Positions 1-14,065 of a DNA stretch of 64,000 nt are shown here, piece after piece. The notes under the pieces were generated by a model. It saw nothing but the letters and a program-made list of their open reading frames with translations, did no database searches and was not told the origin of the DNA. The stretch is taken from contig CM022666.1 of assembly GCA_012295275.1 (NCBI GenBank), forward strand, positions 14,818,001 to 14,882,000, given 5' to 3'. Source of the stretch: Chrysomallon squamiferum (lineage: Eukaryota; Animalia; Mollusca). Positions within the stretch are counted from its first letter, which is position 1, and the number at the start of each line of letters is the position of its first letter. The position numbers were made by a program, and so were the translations under genes.

Positions 1-63
1 CAGACATTAGTTTATTAAATTTCACCTGTCGTAATCTGAACAAATATACAAAACACGCGCGCG

Positions 64-118
<55 letters not shown>

Positions 119-351
119 CACGTCCTGTCATCAAAGGGAAAAAAGTTACTGACAATTCTTTTTAGCATGTTGACAATCTTGATTCACATCTATCACGTCG
201 ATAGCCGCAACAAATATAAATCATCAATTGCAAATATATCGAGGTTATTGATGGATGTAAATAAAACTGATACTGCAAGTCATAGAGCTCATAAAAGCAT
301 AAAGTCTATTTGTTTTACAAAATATAGCATTTGAAACACAAATACTCCTCC

Positions 352-387
<36 letters not shown>

Positions 388-724
388 CGGCCTCAAAATT
401 TATAAAACATGAATATTCATGGAATGATGTTGAATGTTTGAATAATCAAAATTACGTACTAAATGGTTTGAATTCACAAGGTTTAGCGGAGAAGCTTTCA
501 GCTCTAGTGATTGGACGAAAACAGCGCTCCCTGCATGCAATGTATGAAATGGACGACGCCATCTTTAAAATTATCGTATAAACCTGCCTACAATAAAAGT
601 ACTTTATTTTGGAGGAAACGAGTCCAGTATATTGGTATGACTTTAAGTTTTAGCACTGGAACCATAATGTAAAGAATGTAGTCCGCGTCCGCATTCGACA
701 GGTGTCCGCTGGTTTAAGAGATAC

Positions 725-803
<79 letters not shown>

Positions 804-1445
804 TATCAGTGATGGTGTATGCTGATTCTAACATGAGATATTATTTACTTATGTATTAATGCTTTAACAGATTTGGTTGTTTCTCCAGTTTATATATCTC
901 TTCATTTACCAGTTTATTTATATCACTGATGCCGTGAAAATAATCTTATTCAATTAAGCGAATAAATCATTTTATATAAACATTTATTACATCAGTAGCG
1001 AGAATAAAATTTAATTACTTTTTTGTTACATGCACTCGAGATTTTGTACCAAAACTTGCGAGATCTTTATCTATTTTTTATATCCCTACATACATTAAAG
1101 CAAGCCAGGTAGGTAAATAATTATAATCATTGATTTGACCGCTGCCAGCTAAACTGTGTTGCGAGACCACGGATACCTTGTGACCCGGATGGACGCTATC
1201 TGGTAAAGGGCAACAACCTGTAGATGAACATGGCGGCTTCAATCACATTTTACGATTCGCTCGTTGTGCTAGTTCTTGGCCAGCACTGGCTGCCTAGTAA
1301 TTAGCGTCGATGCTTAGAGGAAGGTTTTTCAGTTCCAGATTTCAATACTGGCCAGGAATGGAATAAAAATAACAAGGGAAAAAAAATTAATAATAATAAA
1401 AAATAAAACTAAATAAACTGTTAACGTCGAGACGTGTTAATTTTT

Positions 1446-1477
<32 letters not shown>

Positions 1478-2238
1478 CTGTAAAGGCCGGTATTCGTATA
1501 AAAATAAAACGAAAGAAAGAAAATTAGAAATTAAAAAAAAAAAAAAAAAATGAAAGAAAGAAAATCCTTTAGCGTTATAAGAAATATGAAAGTGGAAGAA
1601 AAATAAATAGACGTATTTGGTTCACATAATACAACCATATCCAAAGAGTTACAATCGAAATATTGATTAAACGTCAACGGAGTAAATAAGTGGGACAAAT
1701 AGTTAATAAATAAGCAAATATTACCGGCAGAGATATAAAAAAAAACCACCGCTTCTATAGCAAACTCTATAAATAAATGTATACAAATACAGAACGTAGA
1801 CGAATATAGAACAATAATGCTAGAAATACATGGCTTAATTTTAAAGAACGATATTATATATATATATATGTACATATACTTTTTTATATATGCTTTTTAT
1901 TGTATGTATATGTATGTAAGTGTCTGTATGTATGTATGTCTCTATGTGGGTACGTGCTATTTGTGTATAAGTATGTATGTATGTATGCCTAATGTATTTT
2001 TTCATATATCCATATATATATATAATTTAGGACTTGAACATTCTCTGTCTCATGAACGTCTGAATAGACTCTGTACATCGACAATATTAGGGAACGCACT
2101 GGGACAGGATTACAAATGCAATCATGACCTCACAAACCTCGTCAGATGCTGCTAACGAGACTCGAACGTGTGGCACCCATTCACCAGCAGTCTGAAGGAA
2201 GGCGAAATTACCGTTCGACGTTTGTGTATACCCATATA

Positions 2239-2292
<54 letters not shown>

Positions 2293-2391
2293 GGTATCTG
2301 TGGGTGTGTATGTATGTATGTATGTGTCTGTATGTCTGGGTGTATGAATATGTATAATACGTATGTATGTTTGTATGTATGTTTCACTGTA

Positions 2392-2432
<41 letters not shown>

Positions 2433-3019
2433 ATGGGTGTATGTAAGTATGGGTATATGTATTTATGTGTAAATACATGTGTGTGTGTATATAAATGTGG
2501 TTCTGAATGTATATATGTATCAGTGTTTCTATGTATACATATATGTTTACATAAGTACGAATGATGTGTATACCTCTCGTATCTTTCACTGTTTATGGCA
2601 TTTCTCTCAATGCGTGTAGCTAGATTTTCAATACGTTCTTTTCCTTATTCCTCATCTTCATCATAGTTTAGTATTTCTTTTTCTTCTTCATCTTTTTCAG
2701 CAGCATCGGCTTTATATTATATTAATATTTTTTTATTTTTTTTTTTTTTTTTTACCTTTTTTGAACAGCAGCGAAAGATCAGTTTCACGTGTGGAAAATC
2801 TATATGTGAAATGTCTTTTATTACTGTAAGAACATTTCCTAATTATGAAATTTGAGCGGTGATAAATGACGTCACGAACGTGTCACGTGATAATCCTTTC
2901 CTTTCCGTGATTCGTCACTAATGATAATAATTAATTAATATAGACAGACAGATAAATAAAGAGTGATAGAGAAAAAAAGGAGAGTCAGAAATAGATCAAC
3001 ATTCAGATATAATAAGTAC

Positions 3020-3041
3020 ATAGACAGACAGATAGATAGAT

Positions 3042-3116
<75 letters not shown>

Positions 3117-3308
3117 GACAGACAGATAAATAGATAAATAGATAGGTAGATGGATATGTAGATTGACAGACATACAGACAGATAGATAGACAGACAGATC
3201 GAAATACAGAGAGATAGACAGATAGGCAGGTAGATAGATAAACTGATACTTTCGTGTGGATTATTAAGAATCTGCGTACACATACACATTAACACACACA
3301 CACTTACT

Positions 3309-3389
<81 letters not shown>
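3020..3389. repeat. (GATA/GACA)n tract followed by (GA)n
   Basis: Directly visible. Confidence 0.95.
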
Positions 3390-3392
<3 letters not shown>

Positions 3393-3915
3393 ACAAAAGC
3401 AGCAAGAACAAACGAAAAGGATTCATTCATACGTGTAGGTTAATGTATTCTGTGTGCACCAGTTCCTCTGTAAGCTACATAAGTTTGGACAGCACAGGCA
3501 GGGAACAAAGAACAACAACATGTTTAAAATAGCTGCAGCATGCTATATTTTATTCGCATGTTTGAACAGAACTGCACGTTTATCGACCGTTTACCCACGA
3601 GAGTCCACGAAGTCCAGTTCTCGTGAGCGAGAATAGAAAGTATGACGTCATTAGTTGACGGTTTGAGGAAATTGCTAATATATAAATATACACATCCAAT
3701 TTGCTCAGCGTATGTACTATCAAAGCACTTAGATGGGAATTTCGTTTGCTATTTTTAGATATTAATTGTCGAAACTTTGTTGCTTGAAGGTATTTATTGC
3801 ATTATTGTGAACCCTCTGTATTCCGCGGTAAATCCCTCCTTTCGAAAGATGAATCGATCAAATGTGTGATGGTAAGTACTGCTTCTCCTGATATGCACCA
3901 TTTAAATAGCTGCAC

Positions 3916-3997
<82 letters not shown>

Positions 3998-5770
3998 ATT
4001 ACATTCCCTCCCTTCGGTTATTACATGTTTTTTAATTGTTGAATATAGGTAATTAATATCTTTTTGTACATATGTCCGTAATTATCTGCATATTTGCATT
4101 ATATATGAGTGTGTACGTGTGTGTGTGTGTGCCGTCATGCATATAAATGTTTTACTTTAAGTAAGGTTTTAAAACAAACATTTAAATATATATATATAAA
4201 AAAAATAATAATAACAAAAAATAAATAAATAAACAAATAAATGAATAAATAAATGAATGAATGAATGAATAAATAAATAAATGAATAAATAAATAAATAA
4301 ATACACAACGAAGCAACGAAATAAATCAAATTAATTAAATAAACACAAACAAATAAATCAAATTAAACCAATCAACACACACACACACACAAAAAAAAAA
4401 AAAAAAGAAAAAAAAAAGAAACAAATAAACAAATAAATAAATAAACACATTTCGCGCTCCGTTTTCGATTCCTAGTTCGAAACACTTTTACGATGCTCGA
4501 GTAGGCAGCGATGTAATTGAACGGAGTACGAGTACCGACAGACTTCGCTACGTTACGGTGATAAATCTGTGCGCGGGAAACAATCGATATATCGAAATCA
4601 ATGTTTCTAAGAGAGGCAGCATCGTCTATGAGGGCCGCCTTCGCCAGACGACTGGAAGCAGGAACACGAAGCGTCTGTCGCTATCTAGCTACAATCTTTT
4701 ATCCGTTTTATTTCGCTTGTGACATCTCCCATTACATAGTTATCAATTTTCATAATCTGCATCACTGCACGCGCCCTGCTCCTCATAGAATTAGCCGAAT
4801 TCACGTGAGCTATTTTTAACGCGAGAAGTGAATATACTGTTTTGGGGTTTTTTTTTTGAAAAAGTATAAAAGCCTGTGCGGTGAAGGGAAAAGCAACGAT
4901 AAGTCGTGTAGATAGTATTATTATTATTATTTTTTTTTTTTAAAATGACGTGTTTACGATTTGTGTATTTTCGTTTTATATGTGTTTATCCCTTAGTGCG
5001 TCGATCTTTGGATAACTATCGGGAACGAGAATACAATCCACACCAAGTATACCATTTTAATAGAAGCAGTCAACAACAACAACAACAACAACAACAATAA
5101 TAATAATAATCAGAAGAAGAAGAAGAAGAAGAAGAAGAAGAAGAAGAAGAAGAAAACATAATTTATAATAACCTTTACCGTAAACAAATAGTTCTATACG
5201 TCAAATTCTGACTCATTTAACGATTCGAAACAAGGAAAAAAACGACGCTTGATTAGTCAAATAGTGTTTAAACATACAGCAACATTTCAACATATTTACT
5301 ATTATTTATTTGATAAATTTTAGATAAATCAACAAATTATTTTCCCTTGTTTTTTTTCTGTGTAACGAAAATTGCGCGCGCTGACTTGACGTGCACGTGG
5401 TATGTGTGATTACACTGTAGATGTACGCTATGGAAACAATTCCATAATTACGGTTCGTTTAATAAGCCCGCGTAGTGGCCGCCTCCATTACAGTTATTAA
5501 TAATTATCTGCGTAAACTGCCATTGATATCAAGTGTGACAGCCGCTTATCTGCCTAATTCGTTGTAGTTGTTATTGTTACTGCTGCTGTTGATGCGTTTT
5601 CTCTTTGTTACTGTTGTTGTTTTGTTGTTGTTGTTGTTGTTGTTGCTCACCTTCTTTTTATTATCATTATCGTCGTCATCCGTATTTTCATTGTTGTTAT
5701 TGCGGTAGTAGTAGTAGTAGGAGGAGGAGTAGTAGTATTAGTAGTAAGAGTAGTAGTAGTAGTAGTAGTT

Positions 5771-5803
<33 letters not shown>

Positions 5804-6857
5804 TTAGTAGTAGTAGTAGTAGGAATAGTATTATTAGATTCGGTTTATTTATTTATTTATGTTATTTTTTTCCCCTATTCTTCTATTTATTTTATCTTCA
5901 GAAATGTTTTCAACATTAATGAAGCCTTAGTCAATCTTTGAATGTCTGTGTGTACTTCTGCATATATATATTAACATACAAGTTCTTAAACTCAGATGGT
6001 ATTTTGAATTATAACCAGACAACATTTTCGAGTCTACACGTGAGGTAAAAATCACACCACACTCGTCTAATTCTTTGGTCTAAAACCCCCAGCCTCCTGG
6101 TAGCAGAAACCATTTTCCAAAAATACACCTCCACGCACAAATATGAAGACTGTGGTCTCTGATGATTGTAATTGTTTCCTGATTTGAAGATATCTAATTA
6201 TTTGTCTAAATACTGGTTCCACAGATCAGACGCAAATCTGGCAATTTATTTGGGTATTTTCGCTAACTAAGACGAAATCGATTCATTTGGCCAGTGACGC
6301 GGTAGGAGAAATAACAATATATTACCGTTAATATCTAATTATACACAAATATATATATAACACAAAATGAAAAGAAAATAATGGGGGCCAAAACAAAAAG
6401 AAAGAGGAAGAAGAAGAAGAAGAAAAAGATGCGGGATCTCAAAAGAAAATAATAGTAATGATAATAACGGTGATAATGAAAAGTCTGATAGCAATGATGA
6501 TGATTGTGATGATTATGATGATAATGATGATAATGATGCGGCACTGATGATGGTACGTCTATGATAATTATCATTGTATGTATGATTGTATGCATCTATA
6601 TTACAAAGTATAGTCCACATAAATATATGTATCTATATTATCAATTAATAATAAAACAAATATAGTAATTATTATGATGATGATGATGATGATGATAACC
6701 ATAATTATTATTGTTATTATTATTATTACTGTTGTTGTTGTTGTATTGCTATTGTTGTTGTTGTTATTGTTGCTACTGTTATTTTGTTGTTGTTGTTAAC
6801 AATTTTCTACTACTGCTTATAAACTTATTATCTTATAGTAGTGGTTGTAGTAGAAGA

Positions 6858-6921
<64 letters not shown>

Positions 6922-6922
<1 letters not shown>

Positions 6923-7190
6923 AGGTTGAGAATCATTTATTAGAAGTTCTGAAATTTCGAAATCCGAAACATTTTCCGAGCAATAGAACTAGTGATATTT
7001 TACAGTTTTCTCATTGTTTTGCGCACCTTATTTTAAGTTCAAAATTAGTAAAAATATTATTCCAAAAATCCTGCAGACTGTCTGTATAAACAATATGTAA
7101 AATAATAAAAAATAATTGTATTTAGACTTGGATCCTATTCTCCTGAATCCAAAACATTCTGAAATCCGAAACACTTCCTGTCGCAGACAT
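6922..7190 (+). mobile_element. Degenerate non-autonomous pogo/Tigger-family DNA transposon (Tigger4/Zombi/MER46-like MITE), 3' TIR lost
   Basis: Starts TA|CAGGTTGAG (TA target site and Tigger4-type terminus). It has subterminal AAATCCGAAAC repeats at both ends, and internal CAAAATTAGTAAAAATATT...TGTATAA...TTTAGACTTGGATCC and AATCCGAAACACTTC segments collinear with the recalled Tigger4b consensus. Confidence 0.7.
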
Positions 7191-7381
7191 AATAATAATG
7201 ATGATGATTATGATGATGGTGATGATGATGAATATGATGATAACATCAAGACCAACGACAACGAAGACAATATCATGTTACAACATCATCTATGCATTTT
7301 AATTTTCTAAATTAATTTCTTGTTGTTGCTGCTGTTACTGTTGTTTTGAGGTTTGTTATTTTGGTATTATTTATATATTTA

Positions 7382-7450
<69 letters not shown>

Positions 7451-7906
7451 ACGATTAGTTAACAAACTAATAACTTGTTTGCTAAATAAAATATATATAT
7501 ATCGGTCGTCATCACTTTATCGCTAAAGGTACACACTAATTTCTGATAACATTTAGATTTCATGCCGAGTTATTCGGAAAATGTACGAGATGGAAAACGA
7601 TCGCAGCCGATGATTAACGAAAGGTTTTTGCATGTGCCTATTTGGCGATGAAAACCGAGAGGTCGAAGTGGGTGAAAACCGGGCATTTCCGACAGTTATC
7701 CGCGAATTAATGGTTGATAAGCCGAACCGACTCTACAAGTCGTAAATAAGCATTTATTGCGCCCAGTTTCTTCAAAATTCGGGTCTCGCCGTGAATGATT
7801 TGTCGTTCGCGTGAAACGAAGTTTGTCAAGTAATTAATATTACACAACAGCCGACTCGCAAGGCTCAGTCAATCATTTTCTCAGAGACTAACAAGTCATC
7901 GGCCTT

Positions 7907-7976
7907 CCTGCGTAAAGCACTGGATAAGTCGCTGACCTTGACCTGACAAGTTGCGGGATCGATTCTTCGTGTCGGA
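7907..7976 (+). pseudogene. Decayed tRNA-like sequence (tRNA-Arg-like) / SINE head
   Basis: GCGT..TGGATAAG.CG.CTGAC...TTGCGGGATCGATTC has A-box and B-box-like elements at tRNA spacing, but the stems are broken. Confidence 0.4.
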
Positions 7977-8199
7977 GTATGGCAGAAAATTAATTGCAGA
8001 AGTATAATTTGTTTTTTTTTTCTTCTTCTTTTCTTTCTCTCTTCTTCTTCTCTTTATCTAGTTTCTTACTTGATGGCCTCATCAGGTTTACTCTCTCTAT
8101 ATTTGTTTATATATTTGTGTAATTATTTTAACTTATTAACAACATTCTTATTTAAAACACCAACCATATGTCTGATATATATATATATATATATATTGT

Positions 8200-9110
8200 T
8201 ATCTAACACCCTAACCTATTACCTAATACAGAATTATAACGTATTAACATACTAACCTTTTGCAGAATTATAGTCTATTATCTAACACACTAACCTATTA
8301 CCTATTACAGAATTATAACTTATTAACTAATATGCTAACCTTTTGCTGAATTATAGTTTATTATCGAATACACTAACCTATTATCTAAAGCAAAATTATA
8401 ATGCATTAACTAACACACTAACCTTACACATAAATATACTTTATTATCGTACATACTAACCTATTACAGAATTGTAGTTTATTAACTAACATACTAACCT
8501 TTTGCAGAATTATAGTTTATTAATCTAACAAACGGACTCATTATTCGTGTTTTCTATGTAATATGCCAAGCAACCCTCTTATTCAGCAAAGTTGTCAAGC
8601 TTATTTACTAACATACTAACCAGATTTCTACGTTAATACACTAACCTACCTTAATTATAATTAACTAAAATAACTTATTGTTTTACATTTTGCTTGAAAT
8701 ATCTAACAAACTAACCTAGATCGTAATATAGATTATCAAAAACGCTATTTTAGCATAATGTTACCTTGTTACCTAACACACTAACATACATTAGTCCTTT
8801 AATTAATCCTCTAAACCATTTTTAATTTATATATATATTAACGTTAGTGTCTTAGACAAGTTTCATTAGCAAGACAGTCTTAATGTGTTCGACAATAAAT
8901 TATGTTAGTATGTTGGATTAGCTTGGTTAGTATGTTAGACAATAAACTAATATAATATATATATATTACGCATCAGTCTATCTTGTTAATGAAACTTGTC
9001 TAAGACACTAACGTTGTACTATCTACATGTATTAAACTAGTTTATTTTCAGAACTCTTAATCAAGTTTGTCTAACATACCAACCAAACATATTTAACATG
9101 CTAATGCATG
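8200..9110. repeat. Degenerate minisatellite (~40-bp subunits forming ~80-bp dimers; core CTAACAYACTAACCT...CAGAATTATA)
   Basis: Dimer units begin at about 8201, 8280, 8363 and 8446, decaying downstream and containing an internal inverted segment. Confidence 0.8.
8840..9015. repeat. Inverted repeat, 38-bp arms (8840-8877 / 8978-9015), 2 mismatches
   Basis: AACGTTAGTGTCTTAGACAAGTTTCATTAGCAAGACAG versus CTATCTTGTTAATGAAACTTGTCTAAGACACTAACGTT. Confidence 0.92.
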
Positions 9111-10041
9111 TTTTTTCTTGACACTGACTGAATTTAAACAAACAAACAAATAAATAAAGAAAGAAACAAACAAACAAACAGATAAATAAATAAATAGACA
9201 GATAAATAAATACAATTAAAAGCGGACAACACAAATTATAAGCACAACATAAAAATAAAATTGTAGCTCAGCACTTGACGTGTATGTCCAACGGTTAAAA
9301 TATTTATTTTTATTTTTATTTTTATTTTATTTTATTATTTTATTTTATTTTTATTTATTTATTTATTTATATTTGTTTATTTTTTTTTTTATTTTTTGCA
9401 TTTCTGCATTTTGTTATTTTTACAGTCAAACATGTATTACCCTCGTAATTTTCTTCTCGTATACAGTTATTAATTTCAATCATCATTATCATTTTAGAGC
9501 AATTATAGATTACTTTTTTCACTTGTTTTTCTTTATTTCATTACCTTCATCATTATGACTATCATCAAGTGTGTAGAGAGAAGATGTGTTTTTTGCTTTG
9601 TTTTTTTTCTCTAAAACATTTTTCTTTCTTTCTTTTTTTTTTTTTCTTTTTTTCTTCTAAGCCAAGTAGTTAATAATGTTGCTGAGAGCTTCGTTTAGAC
9701 AAATACGTGTAAAGTTAAGTACTTCGATGGGTTTCCACTCAAGATTCCAGTCAAGCGTAGAAAATCAGTTTTCCTCTTAATTCGTTTTCGATTAAAAAAA
9801 ACCCCTTCCTTTAAATAATATTTCCTAAAACAAACTTCCCAGAGCGTCAGAGCTGGGCTTAATGATCAGGGATTTCTCTGTTCATCGTCGTTTTCAGACG
9901 TCATAGAATTAGCAACGTCGTTGCTGTCGTAGATAGTATGATTAGTGTTGACAAGATTTTTTTTTTTTTTTTTTTACTGACTTTCAAAATCTGATAAGCC
10001 AGCATAGTTTAATTTCATTTGTTTGATAAAGCGACGTTTCG

Positions 10042-10077
<36 letters not shown>

Positions 10078-10172
10078 ACCTACCAATTATATATTTACAA
10101 CCTGCCTACATATATGCAATTATCCATCCATCCTTCCATCCATACATGTATATATATGAACAGACGAAATGT

Positions 10173-10174
<2 letters not shown>

Positions 10175-10204
<30 letters not shown>

Positions 10205-10630
10205 TAGACAGAAAGACAGACAGACAGATAGATACATGAATAGATGGATAGATGGATGGATGGATGGATGGATGGATGGATGAATGAGATAGATAGATGG
10301 ATGGATGGATGGATGGATGGATGAATAGATAGATAGATGGATGGATGGATGGATGGATGGATGAATGAAGAGATAGATAGATGGATGGATGGATGGATGG
10401 ATGGATGAATAGATAGATAGATGGATGGATGGATGGATGGATGGATGAATAGATAGATAGATGGATGGATGGATGGATGGATGGATGGATGGATGGATGG
10501 ATGGATGGATGGACGGACAGATAGATAGATAGATGGATGGATGGATGGATGGATGGAGATAGAGAGATGGAGAGATAGACAGTCAGACAGACAGACAGAC
10601 AGATAGACAGACAGATAGATAGATAGATAT
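10175..10630. repeat. Compound tetranucleotide array (GATA/GACA/GGAT) with higher-order periodicity
   Basis: Repeating blocks of (GGAT)n-GAAT-(AGAT)n are directly visible. Confidence 0.95.
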
Positions 10631-10976
10631 GTCTTTATATGAGTAGGCCAATACCTGACAGTTTATCGATATGTCTCTCATTTTAATTTTTTTTTTCTTC
10701 GATGTAAGTAAATGTGACACATGAGGAGTGACCCAGTTTGCTTACGTGAGGGCAGGGATCTTCCTACACGTGTTTAAGTGTGTGACAGTCTCCCACGCGG
10801 TGCAAGCATTCTGTATTACTTACGACAAGTAGCGTCTTAGAAACAAGAAAAATAAAATCGATCGTGTCATTTCTTTTAACTGCTATTTTGTTTCTGCTGG
10901 TTACGTACCGGTATTGATCGGCGCAGGCACCACGTGGCTTTATGACAGTCTCCGAGGAAGAGGATTTAATCTGTCA

Positions 10977-10994
10977 TGTGTGTGTGTGTGTGTG

Positions 10995-11072
<78 letters not shown>

Positions 11073-11440
11073 TGTGACTGTGTGTGTGTTCGTGTGTGTA
11101 TGTGCGCGTGTGTGTGTCTGTGTGTGTATGTATATGAGAGAGAGAGAGAGAGTGTGTGTGTGACTGTGTGTGTGTGTGTGTGTGGTGTGTGTGTATGTGT
11201 GTGTGTATGTGTGTGTGTGTGTGACTGTGTGTGTGTGTGTGTGGTGTGTGTGTATGTGTGTGTGTGTGTGTATGTGTGTGTGTATGTGTGTATGTGTGTG
11301 TGACTGTGTGTGTGTTCATGTGTGTGTGTGTGCGTGTGTGTGTGTGTATGTATATGAGAGAGAGAGAGAGAGAGTGTGTGTGACTGTGTGTGTGTTCGTG
11401 TGTGTATGTGCGCGTGTGTGTGTCTCTGTGTGTGTGTATG

Positions 11441-11518
<78 letters not shown>
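10977..11518. repeat. Compound (TG)n/(GA)n array with higher-order duplicated units
   Basis: The block GTGACTGTGTGTGTGTTCRTGTGTG...GCGTGTG...TATGTATATGAGAGAG occurs three times (~11075, ~11300, ~11380). Confidence 0.95.
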
Positions 11519-11589
11519 TGAACGAGAGATTTTTTTTTGCAAACAAATCGATCCTCACGAATTCTCTATTATTTTATTTTGCATGTAAT

Positions 11590-12086
11590 TGTACCACAAC
11601 CAAGACTATTACTAATACACTATAACTATTATTTATTGTTACTGCTACTACTACAACAACAACATCTACTTTTACTACCGCTACTAGTATTACTATTACT
11701 GGAACTACAACTACTTATTACTTTTATTTCAATGACAACGACAACTCCTACATTCTGATTAAAACAACTGACAGTTATAAAAACCCATCTGATACTATTT
11801 GTATCAGTAACAATAATCAGCTCAAACTAGAACGTTATCAGTGATGATGACGATGATGACGACGATGATGATGACGATGATGATAATAACATTAGTAGCA
11901 TTACTCAAAGTTTTTATACTACTATGTCTATAATTACTTCCACCATAATTGGTAGAGCCACCAATACTACTACAACTACTATCACTACTGCTACAAGAAT
12001 TATTACGATTACTACTGTTATTGCTACTACCACTACTGATACCATTATTATTACTCTTTTTTTTTGGATTACTTAATTATTATAGT

Positions 12087-12131
<45 letters not shown>

Positions 12132-12900
12132 AACTTCCACTACTACTACTACTATTACTTCTGCTAAAACCAGAGAGAAACTTCCTACGATTCACAGTAT
12201 AAGACAGCTGATAATATTTAGGAAATGTCAACACTGTTTAGGCTAGTGCTTCGGGAGAAAAGACCAGCTAACGATTTTCCCGTTGTAATCTGCAAACAAC
12301 AATGAAACCATTCTTGATAGATACAACGATTTTTACACAGTCTTAACTCGGCAGTATTAGCCTACAAAAATAATTAATCTTCATTCGCTGAATCTGGAAT
12401 ACCGCGGGCAATATTGCTTTGTTTGTAGAACGTATATAGCTAAATAAATTATTGATAAATATAGCTAGACATAAATATAATTACCTAGAGACATTTAAGA
12501 TTTTATTCCAGATATTTTTTTTATAATAAGGTTATTAGGATTACGTCTGCTATTATTACTAGTACAACCTGTACTACAACTACCTCTACTACTACTAGTA
12601 TAATTAAAAAAAAAGATTACTACCTTTACTACGACTGCTTCTACATTTAATACTATTACTGCTTTTACTAGTACTGTTACTGTTACAGTCATCACTACTA
12701 CTTTAGTACATTTACTACTTCAACAACAACAAATACTGTTACTATTGCTACCACTGCAATTTCTACTCCTGATATTACTGATACTACTATTGTTATTAAT
12801 ACTGCAACAATTATTTTTATAACTAGCACTAGTAATGCTATTAATACTACTAGTATTGGCACCACTAATTTTAACACAAGTCAGTACTCCTATTGCTATC
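11590..12900. repeat. Cryptic degenerate (CTA/TAC/ATG)n trinucleotide tracts (two blocks, ~11590-12160 and ~12530-12900)
   Basis: Strong 3-periodic ACT/ATT/ACA pattern that gives poly-L/T/Y pseudo-ORFs. Confidence 0.8.
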
Positions 12901-13409
12901 ATAGACAATTCTATTTTTATTTTTATTTAAATTTAATTATCATTTTTATGTGTTTTTGCTTTTTTGTTGTTGTTTTTTTTTCTTCTATTTTTTTATTATT
13001 TGTTGATTTTTTTGATTTTTGACTTATTATTATTTTGTTTTCTGAATTATAATATATAAATTAAACTGCATTTATCTAGGCACTCATTTCTCTAAATTTT
13101 AAATAAAGGATACTCATATTAAAATAATATTTAAAAAAGAGAACATGCAATGTTAGCAAAATATTTAATTACACTATGTACACATTTTATTAGCTATTAA
13201 AAGTATTTTGGCTTTTGCTTTTTTCGCCTAACATATATGGTTTAAGTGTTGTATACGAACATACATTGTATAACAGTATTTAAACCATATATGTTAGGCT
13301 GAAAAAAGCAACAGCCAAAGTAACATATTTTCTTTTTAAAATAATGTTTTGTTTTCATTTTGGTTCCTTTTACGGCAAATTGGTCAATTGCAAACCCCTG
13401 TGTGTGAGT

Positions 13410-13517
<108 letters not shown>

Positions 13518-13687
13518 GATTTCATCTACATACATTTCCTGCTGTGTCCACAAACGGATTAATACAGATGATTTTCGAAATGAAAATGTTTTTTTGACTA
13601 CTTAATCATGTATTTCACAGTTCGCATACACTTGGTTTTCTCAGGCGTCTCATAATAACGTTTTCAATTAACTTTTAACGGACCAAA

Positions 13688-13726
<39 letters not shown>

Positions 13727-13902
13727 TCCCATAGTTACTAATGACGTTTTAATTATTCTCCTGACGTCAGACTATTATTGTATCCGTTGATCATTGTCAC
13801 ACCTATGTAGTAACATGTAGTACACCCGAATATATTAAAAACAAGGATTGATGATGGACTTAGGATTTGATTTATCTTACTCTGAAAATACAAGTTTTAA
13901 CG

Positions 13903-14013
13903 TTGTTAATGTTGAACATTTTTAATTTCTTATTTGTTATTTTAAAGTTATTATCTAAGTAACCATAAATTTAAATATTATTTAGCAATTATCTCTACTC
14001 CGTTTATCTCCTT

Positions 14014-14062
<49 letters not shown>
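13903..14062 (+). repeat. Dispersed repeat copy 1 (~115 bp AT-rich body plus (CT)n tail)
   Basis: Directly alignable with 35934-36057, including identical TAATTTCTTATTTGTTAT and AATTATCTCTACTCCGTTTATCTC. Confidence 0.85.
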
Positions 14063-14065
<3 letters not shown>

